Origin: Octopus sinensis
Taxonomy: Eukaryota
Length of the DNA stretch: 64,000 nt
Assembly: GCF_006345805.1 (NCBI RefSeq)
Contig: NC_042997.1
Location: 71,486,001-71,550,000, forward strand
Direction: 5' to 3'
This document shows, in pieces, positions 37,318-50,200 of the stretch. The notes under the pieces are model-generated. The model saw only the letters and a program-made list of their open reading frames with translations, ran no database searches and was not told the origin of the DNA. Position 1 is the stretch's first letter, and each line of letters opens with the position of its first letter. The translations under genes and the position numbers were made by a program.

Positions 37318-40085
37318 TATATATATACTGCGCAGTATACTAACCGACGCCCTTTACAACTCTACCAGTTCGTCGCCAAGTTGGCATTGCAAAAAAACAC
37401 TCTATCATTTGTTCCAAACAGCGACAATGGTGAAACGTACGTAGGAAAGAATAATATAAACCTGTTCTACATTTGCTCTGCATAACTAGTAATACTACTA
37501 AGTAGGTTGGTTGCTCAACTACTATACTAGGATCAGATTGAATGATGATAATCTACGTAGTGCTCTAAACTTAACAGTATCAGTCGTATATCTTTTTGTA
37601 CACACAAGATACAGTATATATAACGGTTATGTATATTTCAACGAGGAGACTGAAAAACCAATACTTTAGAAAACAATATCCCGAGCAGTTTTTTTTTTTC
37701 CGTCGAGTTACAGTTTCTGGTCCCTTGCACTTTTAGAAATATAGTGAGCCGGTGATTGGTCCGCTGGAAGCCTACAACCATTCATGCTTTTAGCCCAGTA
37801 TAAAATTAGCTGTCGTCTGTAATTCTACCAGCTAAACCCTATGAATAGACGTGCGACTAATCTCAAAGTCCGTTTGAGTAAACTTGAAACTGTCGTTTAA
37901 ATTTGTTGTCGAGGAACGTTGACAGTTTTCCTCATGAAGCTTTAAGTCTGAAATTTAACACCACCTTATTACCAGTGCAACCTACGGAGCTTATTCCTAG
38001 ATACTACTGTATTCATCTATATTTAGATGTATTGGATCATTTTATAATTAAGTTGTTGGCCGCACAGCTGGTGTATAGATGAATCTTCGACTTTCCTCTC
38101 GATTGTCTGATGTGTTGACTCATTTACAATCTGAAAGTCTGTTATATGCTTCTAAAACGCAAAGATTGGAAAGACCGATGTTCATCACCGGTTTTGAGAG
38201 CGCCATTCAAATATTGCAACAAATAAAGTTCTCAGTGTCGTTCCAACAGCACCAGATTGTATTGTAACATTGTCAAGAAAATTTAATTCTCTATGGTCAC
38301 AGTACAGCTTGCTCAAAATGTTTCATGAGCTTTACTGCTGAATTCACGAGTCATCCTTCAAAGTATTATCAGGCGAACAACCTTTAAAATATCGATTGTA
38401 AACTCGGCCGAATCACTTATACAATTGGGTAGGCTGAAAAATGCAACACCGTATCAATGCTGTGACCCTGTCTAGATATCCCACCGCTGTTATATTTGTT
38501 AAGTGATTCTTAACGTATTGAATGTAGTGAATCAAAAAATGGCACTAAAAATATACCTGTAGTGAACCTCAATTATTAATAGCACTCCGATGATTGCGAC
38601 GACTAGTGTTCTTGTTGATCTGATCAACGAAACAGCGTCCTCGTGAAATTAACATGCGTGTGGCTGAGCACTCCACAGACACACATACTCTTAATGTAGT
38701 TCTCGGGGATATTCAGCGTGTCACAGTATGTGATAAGGCTGGCCCTTTGAAATACCTGTACTACTCATTTTCACCAAATGAGCGGACTAGAGCAACGGGA
38801 ATAAGGCGCCACCGGGAACTGAACTCGCGTCCTTATGATCGTGAAGCGAATATCCTAATCACTAAGCCTCACGCCTTCAACTTCATTATTAATTTTAATG
38901 ATAAAAGACTAGAAAACAACACCGAAGTGTATATGAATTGAAAAGGAATGTTTTCTATATCATTGTTGAAACATCATTGAGGACTTTCCAAATTCTTGCA
39001 TCATTCCATATCGGTATATTGGTGAGAGAATTTCAGCTCAGTAGTGCATAAAGAAGAAATGTGTGCAATCAATGATATACAGATTACAGCTGTATATTTT
39101 TACTTATCAACAACTAGGTGGATGGAGCCATTGAGAATTAATGAATACTACTCGGCACCAAGGAGGATATTTTTTAACTCCAGATTATCTGTAATCAAGG
39201 AGATTTATAATCATAGGCATGCTAGCCATCTCTGTTAAAACAATTAATGTCCCTCTCAAAATAAAATATAAACGGTAGAGTGCTATTTCAGAAAGTTATG
39301 GATCTATTTCTAGCAAATCAAACAACTGCGTTGAGAGTGTAATTCTATTTGCGTTCCAGCTCTTCATACTCTTCAAACTATAAAAAGATGATACTATAAG
39401 TCTGACGTGACGTGTAACAAAGGTAGGAACCACTATGTAATCACTCAGCTTACGAAAGATAGCAATCATCACTCATTGAAACCATATCCAATACCCTTAA
39501 AAACACAGTGTTTATAAGACCATGTGGTCATAAATATACGAAAAGACGAAACAGTCACAATTGGAACGTCAATGATCATAGGCGTGTCCAGTGAGGGTTA
39601 GCCTAGGGTTAAATAGTTACAAACTATAAGATGTTGACTTTAGTCGTCAGCTAACAATCAACTTTTATCATGTTTAATACTGGCAAAAAATAATATCAAG
39701 GGAGAAAACTTAGAATTATAATTATAATTATCTCCCTTAAACGCTAAACTTTTCCGTACCCAAAATATCTGCATTTTATTTTTCTCAGTCTATTTTTAAT
39801 TAGTTATAATATACATTTTTTAATCGTTTACTTGTTTCAGTCATTAGACTGCAGCCATGCTGAAGTACCACCTTGAAGAACGATTTGATCGCATAATTTT
39901 TTGTACGTCTGGTATTTATTCTATCGGTGACTTTTTAATCACTAGTTTACGAACACTCAGATTAATTATTTCCTTATTTTTCTTGGTTTTAATTAATTCT
40001 TGATATTCGAATAGTTATAACGGTAATGAATTCTATTGGAAAACTTAATATATATGTCTTCTGGCTACGAAAATATCGTCTATCC

Positions 40086-40318
40086 TTTATTTCTTTATTG
40101 CCTACAGGGGGCTAAACACAGACGGGACAAACAAGGACAGACAAACGGATTAAGTCGATTATATCAACCCCAGTGCATAACTGGTACTTATTTAATCGAC
40201 CCCGAAAGGATGAAAGGCAAAGTCGACCTCGGCGGAATTCGAACTCAGAACGTAACGGCAGACGAAATACCGCTAAACATTTCGCCCGGCGTGCTAACGA
40301 TACTGCCAGCTCACCGCC
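40086..40318 (-). mobile_element. Complete SINE family A with Tx1-type tail
   Basis: Reverse complement ends tgtcccgtctgtgtttagccccctgtaggcaataaagaaata. Confidence 0.92.
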
Positions 40319-40589
40319 CTGTCTATCCTTTAATATAAATGTTCGATGGAATGAGGGATGTAGTAGTAATAACAACGAAGGAAAGCAGTATCAGACACCA
40401 GCTGAAAAGTTGTTGGTTGGTATTTTGTAGCAGCATAGGTTGTATAAATAAGACAGTTATCTTCCAACAACCTTCAATGGCGGTGGCGCTTGGTTCTGGT
40501 GAGGATTCTGTCGATTCGCAAAGTGGAAAAAGTTATTTGCTATATACTACCGTCCTTCCCAAGAGAATGCAATATTTACTATTATGACC

Positions 40590-41110
40590 GGATTCCAACC
40601 CGGGATGCAGCAACAAAGTCCAGCCGCCATATTTCTTTGCCCTACCTCACTGCCTCGAGGTCTTGGATACATTCCAGGCTAGTGTCTGCAATCAAATTGT
40701 TGATGTGTGACGACGTTTTCCTCTTCTTACATCCCCATGAAGTGGATTCTACAAGACTAATTTGGATGCTCCCAATTCAGGGCAGTGCGCACAACAACCA
40801 GTTAATCGCAGCCGTTTTTGCCTGATCTTCTTGCTAACTTTCGGCCAGTTTCCACAAAAGCATTCGTTTGTCATAGCACGGGAAACGGGAGATATGTACA
40901 ATGCAAATGTCAGCAGCATCGCAACTGGAGGGTAAATCATTTTCATCCGGTCACTGGCGTTTTCGGGTATCTACGATCAACAGACAAACTTAACTGACGA
41001 CGATTGTGCCTTCTAAAGATGCCTTGATAAGTACAGCTATGTACTGCCCCGACTATTGCAACACCTTAAGTTAAAGGCCTCCTGGGAGGCAGTGTTAACG
41101 AACGGGGACG
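40590..41110 (-). mobile_element. RTE-clade LINE 3' fragment
   Basis: TNECFCGNWPKVSKKIRQKRLRLTGCCAHCPELGASKLVL*NPLHGDVRRGK, then YINNLIADTSLECIQDLEAV..EIWR; typical RTE C-terminus. Confidence 0.75.
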
Positions 41111-41293
41111 TAACTACAGTCTCGTCTCTTAGAATATTATAACATTGGATTTGAGATCTTGTTCTGATTACGAGATACAAGAGTTTTCGTTCATAGCTTT
41201 TCAGCTAATGCTTAACGTGCCACACACTGTTTTCGCTAAAAGAACTTAATCAATTTAAACTAGAAGTCATTTATTATGCACTTTCTTGTTTAG

Positions 41294-44200
41294 GTCAACG
41301 ATGGCAATGAAAAAAATCATACTTGTGCCGATTATTCCAGTCCTGAAACTTCAGATGATTCTTCGTCAGATTTGATTCAAACAAGCACAGAAGTATTGTG
41401 TGATTCAGGACCATTCAAAGATAAGTGTCCCAGTTGCCTTAATAATTCAACTTCACAATCACCACTTTCAGCTCAGTCACTTTCTCCAATCTCAACACTT
41501 GCGGCTACTCAACGGAAAACCTCAGATTGCTCACCAATTTCAACTGCCTCATCATCATCACAATCAACTCCGTTGTGCTCAGCCGGTGTCTCTTTAGTGA
41601 TAGGCAGCTTGAAATGGTGTACAGAACTAACTGAAATAATAGCCCGGCTCACTATTGGTCATCAAGTGCAAGTATGTATGGATGATGAAAGTGCGTATGA
41701 GATGTGCAACAGGCAAGCCTATAGCTTGATATGGCTTCTAGTAAACTCACCAGTCAATCAAGAATTACTTAGTCTTACAACTTCCATTAGGTAAGTCGTT
41801 TTCAGGAAAATATTTTCCTAAATTTTGTCTAGTTTGCTTTATTTGTGTAATATAGATTTTATGTAATGCTGCTGAGTGGTTTGGTTTAGTCGTTCATTAT
41901 TGATTGGTCTGTAGAGCACGTGGCGGTGTCTTTCATCAAAACATTGTAAAAGTACTCCTCTCGTTTGTAAAGTAGAAGCTTGTAAGGAAGAACATATAAT
42001 TCACTTCATGCAACTTAGTGTCTTGAGGATGTAGCACTTGCTTCTCAAACTAATACAAAAATTAACTGTAATCTTAAATATCGTGGTATATTAATCATAG
42101 ACTGGCTGAATGAAAATCGCTAAGACATGGAGTTAGACTCGGTTCTTATAGGCAATTCACCAAAACCTTATGAAATGATAGCATTAGTTACGAGACTTAC
42201 AGCGTTACTTTTTAATTTGGACATTTTCCTTATAATACCCCCTACTGCATCGCTAAGATTTTTTTGTGAAGATTATCTAAACACAAAATTTCTACAGTAG
42301 CTATTCATTATCAATCAAACCACCTACATACTTAAGTTTATCCATTAATGTATCCAGTCGATTCTCTTAGTATAATTTCATCAATTTTTCAAGAAAATAC
42401 TTAGGAAGCTGTTTAACTTCCAGTACAGGATTGTCTTGCAGATCTTTCTCCAAAATATCTAAAAGATTTAGTGCATTCTTTGCTACAATCATATCTCGAA
42501 AGTTTAATTATCAACTGTACATAGCGCACTGTTGCATAGGAAAAGAATATCAGAAAGTTATAAGATAAAAGTCTGCTATTTTTGTTTGAAAACAGTTGTA
42601 TTTTGTCCGTTGTTGTTAATTTCGTTTTGATGTAGAAAATATCTCTTGTTGTTTAGATATGTCAGTAAATATAACAAAAATGCTATTGTTATCGGAGTCT
42701 CTCCCACTGAAATTGATGGTAAGTTTTTCTAAAGTTTATTATATTTATTATTGAATTACATGAGCCGTCATCTCTGTACCAGTTCCTTGATAAAGACGCT
42801 TCAAGTATTCATCCCTCATGCTTCTCAAATAGCCCAATCCATCTTGTTTTAAACATGCGCCACCAATCGAACACTGTACAAATGAGTTCCGGTATTGGTA
42901 TAATAGGTTAAGGAAATCTGATTGCTTAGAATAATTGATACTAGCACAAGTAAGGTACTTATTTTCATTGACCTCATAAGACAAGCAACGACAATCCTCG
43001 GCATGATCTGAACGCGGTATATATGTAATATTTGCCGAAAAGCTACTACAAATGCTATAGTTTCCTTATCTTTCTATAGGCTCTTGTGTTAATTCATCTT
43101 CTCTCATTAATAAAATTTGCGTTAAATGACCTGAAAAGTAAAATTACTCTCAGTCACTTGAAGTGATGAAAACTGGAATAAATCCCAACACTCTTTGTCT
43201 TCAAAATCATGGATTATATGATTGATTCTGCAAATTAATTGATAAATGTCACTGATACAAACGTCCTTCTGATTTCATTTTTCGTGTAATATAATATTGC
43301 ATGATTCTGCCGAGGTTGACTTTGCCTTTCATCCTTTCGGGGTCGATAAATTAAGTACCAGTTACGCACTGGGTCGATATAATCAACTTAATCCGTTTGT
43401 GAAACCACCCCTCCCAGAGTGAACTTAAAAAAGAAAAGAGAGTCGATGAACTCGTATATGGCCGTTAAGGCATCAAATAACAGACTTGGAAACGTACTGG
43501 CAGCTATGGCCAAAGTGGAGAGAATAGGGAAAAAGAACGACTATGTAGTTTACAGGATAGGCCGGAAGGATTACGGACGGATAAAATCCGAATTCTTCCA
43601 TGACGTAGGCCCACTTAGAATGGATGTGACATCTCCACATATATTCGAGGGCCTACGTCAGACTCCCCCACGAGGCCCTGAAAAAGAGTTAAACAAAGAA
43701 GAGAAAGAGAAAACCGAACCACTGATATAAAGGTAAGTAATGGATTACATTTATGTTGGTTGTTTGAATGTGCGCGGCCTGGGAGCAGGCTGGAAGCAAG
43801 GTCGCTTCCTGCACGATATCAGGTCGCGTAATTTAGATGTTACTGTTGCTACAGAAACCCGGTTAGAGGGGCCAAGAGGTCTACTCCCGCTGTTTGACGG
43901 CTACGAGAGTTTTTTCTCTCCTGGCAGTCCTACTGGCGGAAGTGGGGTGTTGTTCCTAATAAAAAGAAACCGGGTTTCTGAGAAAAAGTTAATTTTTGCA
44001 GATCCAGAAGGTAGGCTGGTCGTCATGGATTTGACGTTCAGTAACGGTAAAGTTATCAGACTGGTTGCAATTTACGCACCCACCCATACAGGGCAAAGTG
44101 ATTATTTTCGTGAACTAGAAAACTTTCTTAGTACTTCGCATTCATTAGTTGTGCTAGGAGACTTTAACACAATTTGCAAAGCGGATGTAGATTGTGTTGG

Positions 44201-47200
44201 CTCGCGTTCAGATAGAAAAGGTAACAGTGGCTTCATGGAACTGCTAAGCCGCTTTGAGCTAGCAGATCCTTATAGGCTGGAATTTCCGAACGCTCCATTG
44301 TGGACATGGTCAAACAGCGACGGATCTTCCAGGTCATATTTAGATAGAATACTAATTAGAAAAGTAGACAGAAAAATAGCTAAGTGTCCACAGTTTTACC
44401 CGATCAGCTACAGTGATCATAAAATGGTCACCTGTAAGCTTGACATAGATAAGGTTAAAAATAGAGGATCCGGTTACTGGAAACTTAATACGTCCCTTTT
44501 GGCGATTAAGGAGTACAAAGACCGGATTAGGACTATAATTCAGAGGGCACTATCTGGTACCATCATTAATAATAAATGGTGGTACGCCCTCAAACGAGCC
44601 ATCAAGTTCGAGTCAATTAGATATAGCATAGGAGTAGTGGCTAGAGAGGCTAGGAGGGAAACTACTCTAGTTAAGGAATTAGAGGAAGCCTTGAAAACTG
44701 GCTCTGCGGCTCAGGTGGCGTCCAAGAGACTGGTGTTAAACCAGCACCTCGAGGCCAAACACATGGGCTGCATTGTCAGGGCTAGGATCCGCGCAATAGG
44801 ATGTGAAGGAATCAACGCCGTGAGATGGGCCCGAGTGGTGGAAGCCAAGCGTGGTAACGATGCCACGATTCGATCTTTGACGAACCAACAAGGTTAGTTG
44901 ATAAACGAACCCGAGGAGATGTGTGAGGCCTTTCAGGAGCACTTCGCTCAGCTTTTCGGTGAGTGCGGCGGACTGGACAGGAGGAGGGCCTATACGGACC
45001 TACTCGATGGGCTGCCGCGCTTATCGGGGCGAGATGCGGAGGGCTGTGAAGGGCCAATCACGCCTGAGGAGGTGGTTGAGGCAATGGCGGACTGCGGCGC
45101 GGGCAAGGCGCCGGGTTTGGATGGTCTACCCTATGAGTTATATAAGAGTATGCCAGACTTGTTCGGGCACCTACTGGCGGAGGTCTATACGAACTGGCAG
45201 CAGAACGGGCTCATACCCAGATCTGTGCGCCGGGGAGTAGTGACACTCGTCACAAAGGACCCGAGCAAGGGGGAGTGCATTGATAATTTCAGGCCCATCA
45301 CTCTGCTAAACACAGAGTTGAAGATTTTGGCCAAAGTGTTATCGAAAAGATTGGCGCGTGTCGCGGATGGTCTGATCGGGGAGGCACAGATATGTGCCGT
45401 TCCGGGCAGAACCATTCAGGATAATCTCCATCTAATGCGGTACACTATAGAGGGGTTTAATAACGATTCTGGCAAGGGTGGGGCTCTGGTCCATTTAGAC
45501 CAATCTAAAGCATTTGATAGAGTCGACCATCGTTACCTGGTATCTGCTCTGGCACAGTTCGGGCTGAGCCTTGGCTTCCTCAGGTGGATTATCCAAATTT
45601 ATGATAACATCGACTCGGTAGTTCGGGTGAACGGCTTCTTGTCGAAGCCGTTCAAAATCAGACCTCCAAATAGAGAAGAATTGGGGCGAAGTAACGAGCA
45701 AGGTGGCTGCAGTAGCCAAGACCTGGTCTTGGCGTTGGCTATCCCTGAAAGGGAGGGCGGAGGTGGCCAATGTGTTTATCGCATCGGTTATCACCTACCG
45801 CCTTTCCGTCGTTCCTTGCCCTGATTCGTGGTTGATCAAGTTGGAAAGACAGCTCTTCTACTTCTTGTGGAAGGGCGGGAAACCACTTGTGAAACGCTCT
45901 ACTTGCTGTCAACAACCGTTAAAGGGTGGGCTAGGGATGCCTTGGCTGATGATGCGCAGACATGCGCTGAGGTTAAGACATCTGTGGCTCTATCTGGATG
46001 GTGAACGGGTGTGGTCTCCGCTAGCAAAACTGATGTTTCCCAAGTTCACTAGTTTCGGTGGATGGGAAACCTGGCTGAATCGTAGATCGAAACTTGGTAC
46101 TTGGTACACGGAGTGTCACAAGGCTCTCCTGCTAGTCCGTCGCTCGGGTAACGCCTGCGGTGGGGGTTCCACCACATTCTTCTATAGAGGGTTGGTAGAG
46201 GCGGAATGTGAAGATACCTTGGGGGAAACCCTAGGTCTCGACGATAATCAGCTGGCCAGTCTGTTCCGACGTACGTTCAAGCCGAAGACACTGGACAACT
46301 TCCAGAAGTCTCTGGCATGGCAATGCTACAGAGGAGCTCTACCTGTTCGGGATAAACTTGCAAGGCACGGTGGCCGAGACAATCCGATATGTCCAAGATG
46401 CGGGCGGGACAGGGAAAACGTCCCGCACGCTATTGTTCATTGTCCGGACGTGTCTGAGGTGTGGGTTTATGCCGAACAGCTGTTGTCAAGTACACGAAGA
46501 GTACAGCTGTCGACTGAGTCGATTACAAAAATTGACCCACCGGATTTCCTCGCGAATGAAGGTAAGTTTCGTTTTCTCGTTGTAGTAGCAATTGCGAAAG
46601 AGGTGATATGGAAGACGAGAATGAAAGGTCTACAGTCAGCAAGTTCATCTCCGGCCCTGGTTTGATGAATTATTTCATCTTTCACCTGAAAAGGAAGATA
46701 GGGCTGGAGAGAATATGCCTGACTAAGAGAGTGTATGAAGAACGATGGAAAGATGTAGCACGAAAGTTGCGAGTGAATGATACAACATAAATGTAAAACC
46801 AAACGAAACCAAAAGTATCAGTGGGGAGGCGGGGCTCGTGGGGTCAGAGCTAAACCCGCACCCACTCCACCCGTAATGTCTTCCGGTCTGTTCCAACATT
46901 CGATTTCTTGCTATCTTTGTAAATTTCTGTAAATTTTTAAAATTCGCTTTTTTGTAAAACCCATTCGTGTGTCTGACCCCATCATCAGATTGTATTGTCC
47001 CATCTATGTTCGCCCCTAGTGGGTAATAAAGAAATAACTTAATCCGTTTGTCTGTCCTTGTTTGTCCCCTCTGTGTTTAGCCCTTTGTGGGTAGTAAAGA
47101 AATAAATATAATATTGCATAACTTCAGATTTGTTATTCAGACACTTAAAAAGTTCCACCAAAACTGATGTTCATCGCAGCTTTTTCAATTGTTTGTCTGT

Positions 47201-50200
47201 GAGAGTCAAAAGGATGATTCAACAATAAAGTTTGACCCACTTGTTTTGCTCAGTTCTTTGAATTAATCCGAAACTTTATCGGGTGAATAAAAGTCAGGTA
47301 CCTCCACCAGAACTTTTGACTTTATTGTTTGAATTCTTGGCCATCTCTATCAGATGTAATTGAAAGATAATATATAAGGTGTGACTGTGCAAAGAAAAGT
47401 ATTTCATGTAAATCCCTTTGTTTGATACATAAGCAAATCAAAAGAAAACAATTTCCGTAAAAAATAGGAACTGAGGAAATTATGTTCGTTTATTTTATTA
47501 ATATTTGTTAATTTGAAGCTATGGCCTAATTAATCGAAACTTCATTATTTCATTTTTTTTTCAGTTGATCTTAAACTCCATGGTATTGATGAAACCGTTG
47601 TTCAGCCGGTCACTAAGTCCATTGTCAAAAATAAATACAGCAAATTGACATCTGTTCAACTGAATCCAGGTTAGTTGTGTGTGTCTTTATAGGAATTAAT
47701 CTGGGCTTGGATTTTCACTCATTTAAATATAATACAAGTGATTTATTTCTGATATGCGCAGTCACACTTTGTTGCGAGAAAATGCTCAAGTATATCAAAA
47801 CCAGTACTTATTTATTTCATCGAATCTCGAAGAATAAATCGGAATTTGAACTCGGAACGTAAAAGGAAGCAACTATAATTCGCAAGACATTTTGTCCATC
47901 CCTAGAATGATTCTATGGTTCATTGCCTTCAAATATTATATAAATGACGAATGTTTAATTGAACTGAACTTCTATTCAAGTCAATGAAACAATCGTTATT
48001 GTTTGAAGAAAGAAAGTATACATAAGTATTTCTTTTATTTTTATTTCATGTATTTGTTGATATATTCAAGTTGTAACATACTTTAAAAAATGTATATTTC
48101 CTTAAAGCGGAACAAGTGACTGAAGAGACTTGCTCAAGTGATACTAATTCTTGCTCAGAGAATTCTACCAATCTATCAGAGTAAGTATATCGAATTGAAA
48201 TAGTTCTTATTAAGGTACTGGCCTAAAATTCGTACAAATGCTTTGTGGTATCTTCAATCATGCTTCTATTATTCTATAAACGTCTATCCACATAACTTTC
48301 AAGAGAAATGGTGTTTGATGGAGTCGTAGAAGCACTATTGAAACATACGTTGTAACCTAGTATTTTAAAACTGGTAGTTTTAAAATAGCCAGAGTTGCAG
48401 CCGATTTCTTCCAGAGAGAAAGGGTAAGAGAGAAGAATTGCCCTCGTATCTGGATTGTTCTTTATTTATTGACCCCTAGAAAATAAAAAACAAATTGACC
48501 GCAGCGGCATTTGAACTCAGAGCGTAGCGAGCCGAAACCTGTATCGTAAGGCACTCAATTTGACGCTTTAGAGACTGCTAAAACACCACTTTTTCAAGTG
48601 TATCAAAGCCCTTTAAAGTGGTTTCTTTAAAAAAACAAATATTGTCTTTTATTTTTTATGAGAACTTGTTGACAGGATTCGAATTCTAGCTCTAGCCACT
48701 TCATTTGTGTCGTTAATACCCTAACTGAAGTCTGCGAGTAGCAGAATTGTTAGCATACCGGATAAAAAGCTTAGCGACATTTCTTTCAACTTCACGTTCT
48801 TTGTTCAATTCTGCCGGGGTCGACTTTGCCATTTATTCTTTCGGAGTTCTAACCCACGACTGCTGGCATTGTGCCAAAATTTGAAACTAATATCTTAATT
48901 GCATAATAATGAGCCATTTTAGTACATGCTTTATGGTAGGGTGTGACTGTATGACTCGAAGCCTAAATTAACTACATTGGTTTTCCCTTGAAATGAAGGC
49001 TGTCGCGCAGGACACGCTGTATTATGATTTAAGAGGTAACGATCCCTTCTGTCTTCTTTCGATCAACAATAGTAATTAAATCCTGTGTGGTAAGATGTAT
49101 TCACTCTAGATCGGGACGGGTTATATGGAGCATTTGTATAGTCAGAGAATCAGGTGAGGGGGCAGATTTAGCATGTCACAGGCTAGTGTCACTCTATAAG
49201 TATGCAAGGATCACGGCCAAAGATATTGACACAAGCATTGACATCTGGCTTGTTGATGCCATTGTGCAAGTATATTGACAGGTTGTAAGCATGGAAGTGC
49301 AACAACATGGCTGAGTAGGGTATGCAGGAAACTCAATGTCCAGATCGATTATCACAAGACTACGCCCTTGAACTGTATTAAATTGAGGGAACAGAGAGGT
49401 CAATCAGAATGGATGTGCAAGGCAGACGGTCATATGAAGGCCTTCTGTCCAAAATAGGTAAAGGGGAAAAAAAGCAGGAGGCAAACAGCAACGACAGTTG
49501 GGCCCTAGAGGTCGAGGCCATGGCTGTTGCCAAACGGCATTTCTAGAGCATTACTGGTCACAGCCAGAATGGAAGAAAACGAAATCGATTCATCTTTAGT
49601 ACTACTACATTCGGGTCGAGAGTCTGGTGGATCTCCTCTTCCAGCGCAGCACAGGAGAGGTCAGAGGTTATAAATAGCACTTGATGTGATAAGGAGTTGG
49701 AAACTGAAGTTTGGTTATTAATTATCACTTACTCTGGGAAAGAGGAGACAAAAGTGTGAGTTATAGTAAAAAGGATTATTATTAGTTGTTACAATCATTA
49801 CAGCGCTGAACTAAATACTTTGTGATATTACTTCATTTTTATCACATATGTGATATTACTTCATTTTTACATTTGATTTTAAAACTTGCTGTGGATCTAC
49901 TTTCAAGAGTAGATAATATAGGTGCGATTTAAAATACTAGAATGGATATTATCCATTATAACTTACTCAAAATATGTAACTCTGTATTAGTAATCACTTT
50001 TTTTTTTCTTTTCAAACTGGTTTCAGTGTTGATGGCAATGAAGGAATTCCGCCTCATATCCGTGATTACGACCAATATGCTATCAGGCTAGACCAAACAA
50101 ATATAACTACAGTCACTGCTCAGTTGAAATCTCCAAACATTTCTAACGGACATGATCATACAGCCAAGGAAAAGTTACGTCGGTACGTAGAACATTGTTT

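Larger units (their letters stand above)
41580..47640 (+). other. Receiver (CheY/REC)-like domain encoded across exons 1-3 of the SOHLH2-like gene
   Basis: LVIG...LTIGHQVQVCMDDESAYEMCNRQAYSLIWLLVNSPVNQELLSLTTSIR|YVSKYNKNAIVIGVS...|HGIDETVVQPVTKSIV follows the (beta-alpha)5 pattern. The phospho-acceptor Asp position appears to be Leu. Confidence 0.6.

Noticed and set aside
41580-47640. Bacterial two-component gene or contamination
   Set aside because: The receiver-like sequence is split by canonical spliceosomal introns and is in frame with an animal bHLH.
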